A stretch of 47,331 bases of DNA from Nitrospirota bacterium. Its GTDB lineage: Bacteria; Nitrospirota; Nitrospiria; Nitrospirales; NS-4. The first letter of the stretch is position 1, and every line of letters begins with the position of its first letter. The position numbers and the translations under genes are program-made. The DNA lies in NCBI GenBank assembly GCA_005877565.1, contig VBOK01000077.1, positions 1 through 47,331 of the forward strand, given 5' to 3'. Positions 31,870 through 39,371 of this stretch are shown here, piece after piece. The notes below the pieces were generated by a model, which saw only the letters and a program-made list of their open reading frames with translations, searched no databases and had not been told where the DNA came from.

Positions 31870-32271
31870 ATGTTCACAGCCCTGATCATCCTCCACGTGC
31901 TGGTCGCCTTCATCATGGTCGGCGTGATCCTCCTGCAATCCGGGAAGGGAGCGGAGATCGGGGCCGCCTTCGGCGGGTCCAGCCAGACCATCTTCGGTGC
32001 GCGCGGCGCCAACACGTTCCTAGGCAAGCTGACCGCCGTGGCGGCGACGATCTTCATGCTCACCTCGCTGTCGCTGGCGATCATGTCCAAACAGCGGAAC
32101 TACTCCTCAACCATCGGCCTGGACAAACCGCCCGCCTCCGCTCCGGCGGCGCCTTCGCCGGCTTCGGACACCCCGACGCCAACTCAATCCTCTCCGGCGC
32201 CGGTGCCCACCGCGCCGACTGCAGCCGATCCAGCCAATCCACCTTCCTCACCCGCGCCGACCAAACCATAG
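31870..32271 (+). CDS. secG: preprotein translocase subunit SecG with Pro/Ala-rich C-terminal tail
   Basis: LLQSGKGAEIGAAFGG and the position after tpiA. Confidence 0.85.
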   Translation: MFTALIILHVLVAFIMVGVILLQSGKGAEIGAAFGGSSQTIFGARGANTFLGKLTAVAATIFMLTSLSLAIMSKQRNYSSTIGLDKPPASAPAAPSPASDTPTPTQSSPAPVPTAPTAADPANPPSSPAPTKP

Positions 32272-32371
32272 CAACAGCCTCTACCTCCTTATGCGGTTGT
32301 TTGCTTTACGCATACACCGCGCCTAGAATCCCCGCACGCGCTAGGCCCTGGAAGAACCGTGAGGAGTTCCG

Positions 32372-32521
32372 ATGCCTGAGTCCCCGATCTGCACGTACTG
32401 CCGGGAGCCTATTGACACGCAGACAGAGAATTACGTCATCCCGAACAAAGATTCAGTGGAGAATGAATCGGAATGGGAATACGTCCACCTGGAATGCTAC
32501 AGCAAGGACCTGCCGGACTGA
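32372..32521 (+). CDS. 49-aa Cys/His small protein (putative zinc-binding)
   Basis: MPESPICTYCREPIDTQTENYVIPNKDSVENESEWEYVHLECYSKDLPD has CxxC...HxxC. GAGGAG lies 5 nt upstream. It is absent from the ORF track (below 60 aa). Confidence 0.5.
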   Translation: MPESPICTYCREPIDTQTENYVIPNKDSVENESEWEYVHLECYSKDLPD

Positions 32522-32546
32522 TCAGCCCTCACCCCGCCGTCAATAG

Positions 32547-33461
32547 CTACAAGGGCGAGAGCCAGGAGGCATGCTTGGCGTCACGCCCACTGACGATGTC
32601 GAAGAAGGCAGTTTGCAAATCGCGGGTGATGGGGCCCGGCTTGCCGGTGCCCACGGTGCGGTCGTCCACCTCGCGGATCGGCGTCAGCTCGGCGGCCGTG
32701 CCGGTCATGAACACCTCATCGGCGATGTAGAGTTCGTCGCGTGTGAACCGTTCTTCCACCACCGTCAGGCCGCGCTCACGGGCGAGCTGCATGATCGAGT
32801 TTCGCGTGATCCCTTCGAGGATCGAGGTCAGCGGCGTGGTCTTCACGACGCCGTTGCGCACCAGGAAGATGTTCTCCCCCGTGCCCTCGGAGACGTAGCC
32901 CTCGGGGTCCAGCAGGATCGCCTCATCGTACCCGCCGGCCTTCACTTCGCGCTTGGCCATGATGGAGTTAACGTAGTAGCCGGCGATCTTGGCCCGCGTC
33001 AGGCTGACGTTGACGTGGTGGCGGGTGAAGGAGGACACCTTCGCTCGGATGCCGTTCTTCAAGCCTTCCTCGCCGAGGTAGGCGCCCCACGGCCACGCCG
33101 CGATCGCCACCCGGATCGGGTTCTCGGGCACGTAGAGCCCCATGTCGCCATAGCCCACGAAGACGATGGGCCGGATGTAGCATTCATCGAGCCGGTTCAC
33201 GCGGACGGTCTCCCGGATCGCATCCGCGATCTCCTTCTTTCCGTATGGAATCTGCAACAGGCAGATGTGGGCCGACGCAAACAGCCGGTCCACGTGCTCG
33301 TTGAGGCGGAAGATGGCCGAGCCCTGCTTGCCCTTGTAGCACCGGATGCCTTCGAAGGCGGACAGGCCATAGTGGAGGCTGTGCGTGAGGACGTGGACCT
33401 GGGCGTCCTTCCAGGGCACCAACTTCCCGTCCAGCCAGATCTTCTCGGATTCCTTCAGCAC
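32547..33461 (-). CDS. ilvE: branched-chain amino acid aminotransferase
   Basis: [33 protein letters not shown] and GITRNS. GTG 33461 gives the usual length of about 304 aa. Confidence 0.9.
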   Translation of the reverse strand: MLKESEKIWLDGKLVPWKDAQVHVLTHSLHYGLSAFEGIRCYKGKQGSAIFRLNEHVDRLFASAHICLLQIPYGKKEIADAIRETVRVNRLDECYIRPIVFVGYGDMGLYVPENPIRVAIAAWPWGAYLGEEGLKNGIRAKVSSFTRHHVNVSLTRAKIAGYYVNSIMAKREVKAGGYDEAILLDPEGYVSEGTGENIFLVRNGVVKTTPLTSILEGITRNSIMQLARERGLTVVEERFTRDELYIADEVFMTGTAAELTPIREVDDRTVGTGKPGPITRDLQTAFFDIVSGRDAKHASWLSPL

Positions 33462-33603
33462 GAGCGCATGATAGCAGCGGCAGCGGGCGCAGAAACGTCC
33501 GGCGCGCAAGCCGCTGGCCGGAAAGAGGCCTCACCCGGCTGCAGTTGACCCGTCGAAGACTGACGACCGCCGACTGGCCGAAATCTCGGAAGCGCTGGAC
33601 ATC

Positions 33604-33750
33604 ATGCTGCCGGAACTGACCGCTCGCATCGCCGCGGTCGAGCACCTGCTGGTGGAGAAGGAAATCTGCGACCGCGAGGAGCTCATCGCAGCGCGGCAGT
33701 TCGTGGACGAACGGCCGCGAGGCGGCTTTGCAGGTGAAGAGCAGGACTGA
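33604..33750 (+). CDS. possible 48-aa small ORF
   Basis: MLPELTARIAAVEHLLVEKEICDREELIAARQFVDERPRGGFAGEEQD. The frame stays open upstream without a canonical start. It abuts the stop of the convergent 114-aa gene. Confidence 0.3.
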   Translation: MLPELTARIAAVEHLLVEKEICDREELIAARQFVDERPRGGFAGEEQD

Positions 33751-34095
33751 CTAAAGGCGGCTCGCAGCTTTGAGGGTTTGGGCCCTGGCCATGGCCCTCC
33801 GTGATCTGGCCATGGCCCTCCGCGATTCTGTCAATTGCCAACGGGTACGCGCACTCGCGAGCTGCAAGATGGCTAATTGCTCTTGAGCATGGGCTTTCTC
33901 TTGCTTGTGCAGGATTGCGCACTCGGCTCGGGTGAGATCTGTCCACGCTCCTCCTTTTCTTGCTCGCTTGATACGGTCGTCGAGGGACTCTCGGAGTTGT
34001 TTGTTGCGCATGTTCACGAGGGACGTTAGGGCCCGCTGTCGGAACTGAAACTCGGCTTGTTCTGCTACTCTGTCGTGCTGGGTCTTGCCAAACAT
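33751..34095 (-). CDS. hypothetical basic helical protein
   Basis: 114 aa with GAGGAG 7 nt upstream of the ATG. It contains an in-frame 21-bp tandem duplication. No motif recognised. Confidence 0.5.
   Translation of the reverse strand: MFGKTQHDRVAEQAEFQFRQRALTSLVNMRNKQLRESLDDRIKRARKGGAWTDLTRAECAILHKQEKAHAQEQLAILQLASARTRWQLTESRRAMARSRRAMARAQTLKAASRL
33785..33826. repeat. 21-bp direct tandem duplication (2 copies, 1 mismatch)
   Basis: CTGGCCATGGCCCTCCGTGAT followed by CTGGCCATGGCCCTCCGCGAT. On the minus strand it encodes a duplicated SRRAMAR. Confidence 0.9.
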
Positions 34096-34180
34096 GGAGC
34101 GCTCCTCGGGCTAGAGATTATGACTCAGAATTGATATTGAGAGAGCCTATTATACGCCATTTATGAATCCCGTGTCTTTT

Positions 34181-34210
34181 CTTGACTTGCCCCGCTGCCG
34201 CGTGTTAAAA
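34181..34210 (+). promoter_or_regulatory. candidate promoter of rplU-rpmA
   Basis: TTGACT at 34181-34186, a 17 nt spacer, then TTAAAA at 34204-34209. It lies 45 nt upstream of the rplU ATG. Confidence 0.4.
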
Positions 34211-34254
34211 AACAGCGCTCCCACACAATCCGAGATCGAACGGAGCATCAGACG

Positions 34255-34569
34255 ATGTACGCGATTGTTGAGACAGGCGGGAAACAGTATCGGGCGACGC
34301 AAGGCACTGTTTTACAAGTGGAAAAGCTGGACGGCGCGGTGGGCTCCACGGTCACACTGGACAAGGTGTTGCTGATCTCCGGCGAGTGGACCACCAAGGT
34401 CGGCACCCCCGTCATTCCCAAGGCGAAGGTCACCGGCGAGATCGTGGCCCAGGGCCGGACTCCCAAAATCATCGTGTTCAAGAAAAAGCGCCGCAAGGCG
34501 TATCGCCGGAGTCGCGGGCACCGGCAGTCGTTCACCAGCGTGAAGATCACCGGAATTTCTGAGGGCTAG
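34255..34569 (+). CDS. rplU: 50S ribosomal protein L21
   Basis: [14 protein letters not shown]. Confidence 0.95.
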   Translation: MYAIVETGGKQYRATQGTVLQVEKLDGAVGSTVTLDKVLLISGEWTTKVGTPVIPKAKVTGEIVAQGRTPKIIVFKKKRRKAYRRSRGHRQSFTSVKITGISEG

Positions 34570-34571
34570 TC

Positions 34572-34853
34572 ATGGCGCACAAAAAAGGACAGGGTTCGTG
34601 CCGGAACGGGCGGGACAGCAACCCGCAGTATCTCGGCGTGAAATGCTTCAGCGGCGAGGTCGTGCCGGGGGGGAGCATCCTCGTCCGCCAGCGCGGCACG
34701 CGGATTCACCCGGGCTTCAACGTCGGCAGAGGCAAGGACGACACGCTGTACGCCAAGATCCCCGGCGTCGTGAAGTACGAAGGCCCGAAGGAACGGCGTC
34801 GGGTCAGCGTGTATCCGGTTGCGTCCCAAGCCCAGGCCGCCGCAGCCTCCTAA
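34572..34853 (+). CDS. rpmA: 50S ribosomal protein L27
   Basis: [22 protein letters not shown]...[10 protein letters not shown]. Confidence 0.95.
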   Translation: MAHKKGQGSCRNGRDSNPQYLGVKCFSGEVVPGGSILVRQRGTRIHPGFNVGRGKDDTLYAKIPGVVKYEGPKERRRVSVYPVASQAQAAAAS

Positions 34854-34877
34854 CCTCTTTTCTCTTTTGTCACCCGG

Positions 34878-34915
34878 CCTCTTGTTCCGACGAAGGAGCA
34901 AGGGGCTTTTTTATT
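34878..34915 (+). terminator. Rho-independent terminator after rpmA
   Basis: CCTCTTGTTCC-gacgaa-GGAGCAAGGGG is an 11 bp stem including 2 GU pairs. It is followed by CTTTTTTATT. Confidence 0.75.
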
Positions 34916-34938
34916 GCGTTTGAGGAGACCGTGAGGGA

Positions 34939-35562
34939 ATGTTCACGACTGCGGAAGTCCGGTGGTTCTTTGAAGGCCCGATTCCTGACGAAATAGAACA
35001 ATGGTTCTGCAGCAGCCTGGCGCTCAACGCGGCGCCCCGCGAGGACCACTATCTGCTGTTTCCGGCCCCTTTGGGCCTGGGGCTCAAGTTGCGCGAAGGG
35101 CGGCTGGAGATCAAGTATCTGGTTGAGTCAGTGGGAATCCACACCTTCATGGCGGACGTCATCGGCACTGTCCAGGTATGGAACAAGGACGCCTATGGCG
35201 AACCGGCGGTCAAGGAATTCGAGCGGCTGCAGACAAGCGCGCCCCATCTCTGGATCGCGGTGAGAAAGAAACGGACGCTCCGGAGGTTCTCCCTCGAAGG
35301 CACCAGCATCGTTGAAGTTCCAGCCGACAGGGTCTTCCTTCGTGATGGCTGCAACGCCGAGTTCACAAAGATCACGGTGGATGGGTTGGCGTACTGGAGC
35401 TTCAACTTCGAGGCGTACGGGAATCCCGTGCGGGTTGCGGACTACTTGCAAAGAGTGGCGATGCACGTCCTGAAAGAGAATCAGCGGCCATCTTATTCCT
35501 TCCCCGCCCCGAACTCCTGCTCGTACCCAGAGTGGTTGTGGCGATTGGCGAAGAAGCGATGA
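34939..35562 (+). CDS. hypothetical protein, possibly CYTH-like (triphosphate tunnel) fold
   Basis: 207 aa. The N-terminal AEVRWFF resembles the CYTH ExExK/R start. Alternating charged beta-strand patterns follow (LKLREGRLEIKY, VRKKRTLRRF). The assignment is weak. Confidence 0.55.
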   Translation: MFTTAEVRWFFEGPIPDEIEQWFCSSLALNAAPREDHYLLFPAPLGLGLKLREGRLEIKYLVESVGIHTFMADVIGTVQVWNKDAYGEPAVKEFERLQTSAPHLWIAVRKKRTLRRFSLEGTSIVEVPADRVFLRDGCNAEFTKITVDGLAYWSFNFEAYGNPVRVADYLQRVAMHVLKENQRPSYSFPAPNSCSYPEWLWRLAKKR

Positions 35563-35578
35563 GTCACGCAACTCACTG

Positions 35579-35767
35579 CTATTGGTGGGGCAATTTCTTT
35601 TCTAACTGCTCCCCGCGCGGGGTGTCCTTGGGCTCGTAGGGACTGGGCTGGTACTCATACACCGAGCGCAGCACCAGGACGATCCCGGCACCGATGAGGG
35701 AGACCACCAGCATGACGATCACCCATTTCCCATTGCGGCGGTACCAAGCCCGTAGCGAACGTGGCAT
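35579..35767 (-). CDS. small single-pass membrane protein
   Basis: MPRSLRAWYRRNGKWVIVMLVVSLIGAGIVLVL... is 62 aa from ATG 35767. Confidence 0.4.
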   Translation of the reverse strand: MPRSLRAWYRRNGKWVIVMLVVSLIGAGIVLVLRSVYEYQPSPYEPKDTPRGEQLEKKLPHQ

Positions 35768-35826
35768 TTCCAGCGCCTCTCCCCCGCCACGCCGGCTCAC
35801 CACGAACCGGCGCGACGGCAGCTCAC

Positions 35827-35855
35827 TTGAGGGTCATACAAGTATAGCGTAGAAT
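35827..35855 (+). promoter_or_regulatory. candidate sigma70-type promoter reading into the low-GC segment
   Basis: TTGAGG at 35827-35832, a 17 nt spacer, then TAGAAT at 35850-35855. Confidence 0.4.
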
Positions 35856-35901
35856 GTACACCTTACAAAACGATGGGTAAAGGGGACGGGCTCCATTTCC
35901 G

Positions 35902-35944
35902 TTCAGCATGACAAGGTAAGACGAAATGGACTTCGTTGATCAGA
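35902..35944 (+). repeat. left direct repeat: copy of the obg upstream region plus the first 6 codons
   Basis: TTCAGCATGACAAG-GTAAGACG-AAATGGACTTCGTTGATCAGA matches 38300-38360 at 37 of 43 positions, with one 18-nt indel. The ATG at 35926 opens an 18-codon remnant, MDFVDQKDRKRAERQKKD. Confidence 0.75.
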
Positions 35945-36014
35945 AAGACAGAAAAAGGGCAGAACGACAGAAAAAGGATTAGATTCATTAAGGGAGCTTG
36001 CGGTAAGCTAACTC

Positions 36015-37067
36015 ATGCTTGAAAATTGGTTCTCTAAAAATCCTTCCAACCGACCTAAGCCCCTAGATCAGCACGGGGGGCTGTCGAATATCATCGATAG
36101 AATAAAGGATCAATTCGAGCGCATCATCCATTCAGATCACATCAAATTTCTCTCCCAACTTTCTGTTGGCTACTACATCGTGCTAATCGGTGTTACCGGA
36201 ATACTTTTATACACTGGATATCGCCTCGGACAATCGGGCAATCGGGCTTTGCCGACAAGTACTGCTGTTCTCAGTGAAAGTAGCGGAAAGGTCACTAAAC
36301 TTGAAGCGGACTTAAGCTTAGTGAAGAGTGCGCTCCAAGAACGCATCAAGTCATTCGAAGGCTCGTTAAAAGAAAGGGAAGCTCAAATCAAGGAACACGA
36401 AAATGTCATCTCCTCTTTGCGCAATGAGATCAAAGAGCTGCAAAGCAAACTCAGCGCCGAACAAAACAAGAACGCTGAACTATTAATTCAGTCAGGTCCT
36501 TCAGAAACAACGATAAGCGAGTTACAAAAAGCACGATTAAGTCTGCCAAAGCCATTGCGCCACAAAGGCTTCCAAATGCAATTGAGCCCCATCATCTCGC
36601 CAAAGGGATACCTCATCTGGGCGCCTGAACATGTGACGGAAGATGGCTTTTATATAGACGGAACCCATTATGCATTATTCAAATGCCTTCAAAAGATTGC
36701 GCCAATGGATTTGCTAGGGGAAGTGGAACGGAAAAACCTATTTTTCGCAATAACTGTTGGTGATAAGGTTCTTTCACCCGTACCTTACTTATACATGCTT
36801 CCACTCGAAGAGGGTAAACATAAGATAAAGATAGAACCTCTTTCCGGGTCAGCAGAGAATAATTCCAAAGAAACAGTGGTCAAGCTGATGGCAAGGCAAG
36901 TCGAATTTATCGAGATCGATAGTATTGCTGTGCTGAGTGAAGCGGGAGCATTTCGCGTCAAGCTCAAAACATTTGATCAGGAAAGTACTGTCCGGAGGAT
37001 TTCTAAAGTGCTCGAAACCATGCACGTTGATAACGATTGCCTCTTGGAGGTCCTGACAACCAGATAG
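36015..37067 (+). CDS. orphan membrane-anchored coiled-coil protein
   Basis: 350 aa with strongly AT-biased codons. TM helix LSVGYYIVLIGVTGILLYTGY. Heptad-rich region KLEADLSLVKSALQERIKSFEGSLKEREAQIKEHENVISSLRNEIKELQSKL. The C-terminal domain of about 170 aa is unrecognised. Confidence 0.65.
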   Translation: MLENWFSKNPSNRPKPLDQHGGLSNIIDRIKDQFERIIHSDHIKFLSQLSVGYYIVLIGVTGILLYTGYRLGQSGNRALPTSTAVLSESSGKVTKLEADLSLVKSALQERIKSFEGSLKEREAQIKEHENVISSLRNEIKELQSKLSAEQNKNAELLIQSGPSETTISELQKARLSLPKPLRHKGFQMQLSPIISPKGYLIWAPEHVTEDGFYIDGTHYALFKCLQKIAPMDLLGEVERKNLFFAITVGDKVLSPVPYLYMLPLEEGKHKIKIEPLSGSAENNSKETVVKLMARQVEFIEIDSIAVLSEAGAFRVKLKTFDQESTVRRISKVLETMHVDNDCLLEVLTTR

Positions 37068-37123
37068 CTGCTCACCCCGTACCTGCCCGCTCCCTATCCC
37101 TGGAGAAAGGACAAAGAAGTTAT

Positions 37124-37621
37124 ATGGCTTACAAGAAAATTGTTATGCTGCATGACAAGAACATTGCGCTGGTCGCTCACGACAATAAGAAACTGGACCT
37201 GGTGGAATGGGCCAAATACAACCGCGATCTCTTGGCACACCACAAAGTGTATGCGACAGGTACCACCGGCGAGATCCTGGAACGCGAACTGGGCTTCAAA
37301 ATCACGCGATTTCAAAGCGGTCCCCTGGGCGGGGACCAGCAAATCGGCGCCAAGATCGTCGCCGACGAGATCAATTTTCTCATCTTTTTCTGGGATCCGC
37401 TCGAACCCATGCCGCATGACCCGGATGTCAAGGCCCTCCTGCGCATGGCCGTGGTGTGGAATATCCCCATCGCCTGCAATCGGGCCTCCGCGGATTTCAT
37501 GATCTCCTCCCCCCTCATGGATGGAAAGTATGACCGCCTGATACCTGACTATGAAGGCTATCACACCAGGAAAATAGACAGAGCGAAGGCGCAGGATGAG
37601 GCATCAGGCACCATTTCCTAA
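37124..37621 (+). CDS. mgsA: methylglyoxal synthase
   Basis: IALVAHDNKK, ATGTTG, SGPLGGDQQIGA and DPLEPMPHDPDVKALLR. Confidence 0.85.
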   Translation: MAYKKIVMLHDKNIALVAHDNKKLDLVEWAKYNRDLLAHHKVYATGTTGEILERELGFKITRFQSGPLGGDQQIGAKIVADEINFLIFFWDPLEPMPHDPDVKALLRMAVVWNIPIACNRASADFMISSPLMDGKYDRLIPDYEGYHTRKIDRAKAQDEASGTIS

Positions 37622-37791
37622 AGTAAGATGGTCGATTCGCTTCGCCCTCTCTGGGCGCCTGTTCCGTGCCACCCAAGCTGTATCAGGTTAGATACTTGAT
37701 GGCATCTTTTTAGATACGCGCCGCCCTCTCACCGACACTCGCGCGTCGCGCGAACCTCCTGTAATTTCTGACTCGCCAGTTGCTCTGTCTG

Positions 37792-38014
37792 ATGGGCAAA
37801 GTTGTTGCTTACCCGATAGTTCTCCATATGCAGCTCTGTCCAGGGACGGAAGGCAAAGATGACTGTGGCGCCTATCTCCGCAAATGCACGAAGTGCGGCT
37901 CGAAAGGCACAAGCCAAACCATATAGGTGTGGGTACTGTCACCGAGCTACCGGGGCACCTGTTGCTCTTCAAATGCAACGGGTCACCAGCTCAGACGGCT
38001 TCCCTATTTTGTGA
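37792..38014 (+). pseudogene. possible frameshifted small zinc-ribbon ORF
   Basis: Frame 1 reads MGKVVAYPIVLHMQLCPGTEGKDDCGAYLRKCTKCGSKGTSQTI and stops at 37924. The +1 frame continues PYRCGYCHRATGAPVALQMQRVTSSDGFPIL to 38014. Joining them gives CxxC...CxxC. Confidence 0.25.
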
Positions 38015-38163
38015 AAGGATAACGCGCAACGAAGTGAGGACGGTGGGCCGCTAAGCTTGCAGGACCCGCTTCCCTTCCTCGAAATCGCAAGCTCTCTTCA
38101 CCCCTCCGGTTTGCTTTGTCAGTCCTTGGGTTTTATACTGTCTGCACATTTAGTTGGATGAGC

Positions 38164-38280
38164 GGGTGGCGCCGAGCGGGCGCCCGGGCGGAGCGGAAGG
38201 CGCCTGCAACCGAGTCGGCGGGGCTGCGCCGGTGAAAGGCGCATGAGCACGTCTGGGCTGCTCGGCGACAGGACCCGCGA
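38164..38280 (+). repeat. unclassified 117-nt GC-rich structured repeat, copy 1 (candidate ncRNA or mobile-element end)
   Basis: About 87% identical to the reverse complement of 46969-47083. It contains the perfect palindrome CGGGCGCCCG. An 8-10 bp closing helix keeps pairing through two compensatory changes. Confidence 0.8.
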
Positions 38281-38285
38281 ATTGA

Positions 38286-38310
38286 GATTCTTCGCTGCGC
38301 TCAGAATGAC
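38286..38310. repeat. single REP-like unit (inverted orientation)
   Basis: GATTCTTCGCTGCGCTCAGAATGAC is the reverse complement of GTCATTCTGAGCGCAGCGAAGAATC. Confidence 0.75.
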
Positions 38311-38360
38311 AAGAATAGGCGGAATGGCAGGGTAAGACGCTGTGGATTTCGTTGATCAGA
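38300..38360 (+). repeat. right direct repeat (functional obg start region)
   Basis: CTCAGAATGACAAG-[18 nt]-GTAAGACG-CTGTGGATTTCGTTGATCAGA is the partner of 35902-35944. Confidence 0.75.
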
Positions 38361-39367
38361 TCAAAATCTACGTGAAGGCCGGGGACGGCGGGAACGGGTG
38401 CCGGAGCTTCCGCCGGGAGAAACACGTCCCGCACGGTGGCCCCGACGGCGGCGACGGCGGGAACGGCGGCGACGTCATCTTGGAAGCCACGGAGCGCCTG
38501 TCCACCCTGCTCGACCTCCAGTTCCAGCAACACCATGTCGCGAAGGACGGCGACAACGGCGAAGGCTCAAACCGCCACGGCCGCTCCGCGCCGCCGCACA
38601 TCATTCGCGTGCCCGTGGGCACCATCGCGAAGGACGTCGCGACAGACGAGACCCTCGCCGATTTAACCGAGGACGGCCAGCACGCGATCGTGGCGCAGGG
38701 CGGACGCGGTGGACGCGGCAACGCGCATTTCGCCACCCCGACCAATCGCGTACCGACCCGAAGCGATCCCGGCACACCCGGCGAGGAGCGCTGGCTTCAA
38801 CTGGAATTGAAGCTCCTGGCGGACGTCGGTCTGGTGGGCTACCCCAACGCCGGCAAGTCCACTCTGATCGCAGCCATCTCGCACGCGCGCCCCAAGATCG
38901 CTGACTATCCGTTCACGACCCTGGCGCCGAACCTCGGCGTCGTCTCCGTGGACGAGGACCAGAGCTTCGTCGTGGCGGACATCCCGGGCCTCATCGAGGG
39001 CGCCCATGCAGGGAAGGGCCTCGGCTTTCAGTTCCTGCGTCACATCGAGCGCACGTCATATCTCATGTTCCTGGTGGACATCTCTGAGAGCGTGACGGTG
39101 GACCCTGTCGAAAGCCTGCAGACCCTGCGCAAGGAACTGAAGCTGTACAATCCGGATCTTGCCAAGAAGCCGTACGCGGTCGCCGCGACGAAACTCGACA
39201 TCGCGGGTGAAGGGAAGCATCTGAAGAAACTCGAGATGGACTGCAAGAAGCGCCACCTGCGGCTCTTTCCGATCTCGGCCGTCGCCGGCGTCGGCCTGAA
39301 GCCGTTGATCCGCCATCTCGGTTCGCAGGTCGCGAAGCTACGGCAACCCCTGAAAGCGAGTGTGTAA
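38342..39367 (+). CDS. obg: GTPase Obg/CgtA
   Basis: GTG start. MDFVDQIKIYVKAGDGGNG, G1 GYPNAGKST, DIPGLIEGA. Confidence 0.95.
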   Translation: MDFVDQIKIYVKAGDGGNGCRSFRREKHVPHGGPDGGDGGNGGDVILEATERLSTLLDLQFQQHHVAKDGDNGEGSNRHGRSAPPHIIRVPVGTIAKDVATDETLADLTEDGQHAIVAQGGRGGRGNAHFATPTNRVPTRSDPGTPGEERWLQLELKLLADVGLVGYPNAGKSTLIAAISHARPKIADYPFTTLAPNLGVVSVDEDQSFVVADIPGLIEGAHAGKGLGFQFLRHIERTSYLMFLVDISESVTVDPVESLQTLRKELKLYNPDLAKKPYAVAATKLDIAGEGKHLKKLEMDCKKRHLRLFPISAVAGVGLKPLIRHLGSQVAKLRQPLKASV

Positions 39368-39371
39368 GACA

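Larger units (their letters stand above)
35902..38360 (+). mobile_element. putative integrated island or island remnant at the 5' end of obg (no integrase visible)
   Basis: Bounded by the direct repeats above. 35.85-37.1 kb is clearly AT-rich relative to the flanks. It lies just upstream of obg in the rplU-rpmA-obg neighbourhood. Confidence 0.45.

Noticed and set aside
38164-38280. Whether the 117-nt repeat is SRP (4.5S) RNA, RNase P RNA, 6S RNA or a known riboswitch
   Set aside because: A GGAA tetraloop-like CGGAAG is present, but the flanking symmetric-loop consensus of SRP RNA is not. No RNase P, ZTP, guanidine, cobalamin or c-di-GMP signature strings were seen. Two diverged copies also argue against a single-copy housekeeping RNA. 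It is left unclassified rather than named.
38150-38536. 128-aa minus-strand ORF, and 46858-47196 plus-strand ORF, both containing SAPPGRP
   Set aside because: The shared peptide is a by-product of the nucleotide repeat. Outside that stretch the two translations fall out of register, and the indels between copies are not multiples of three. The repeat is therefore non-coding.
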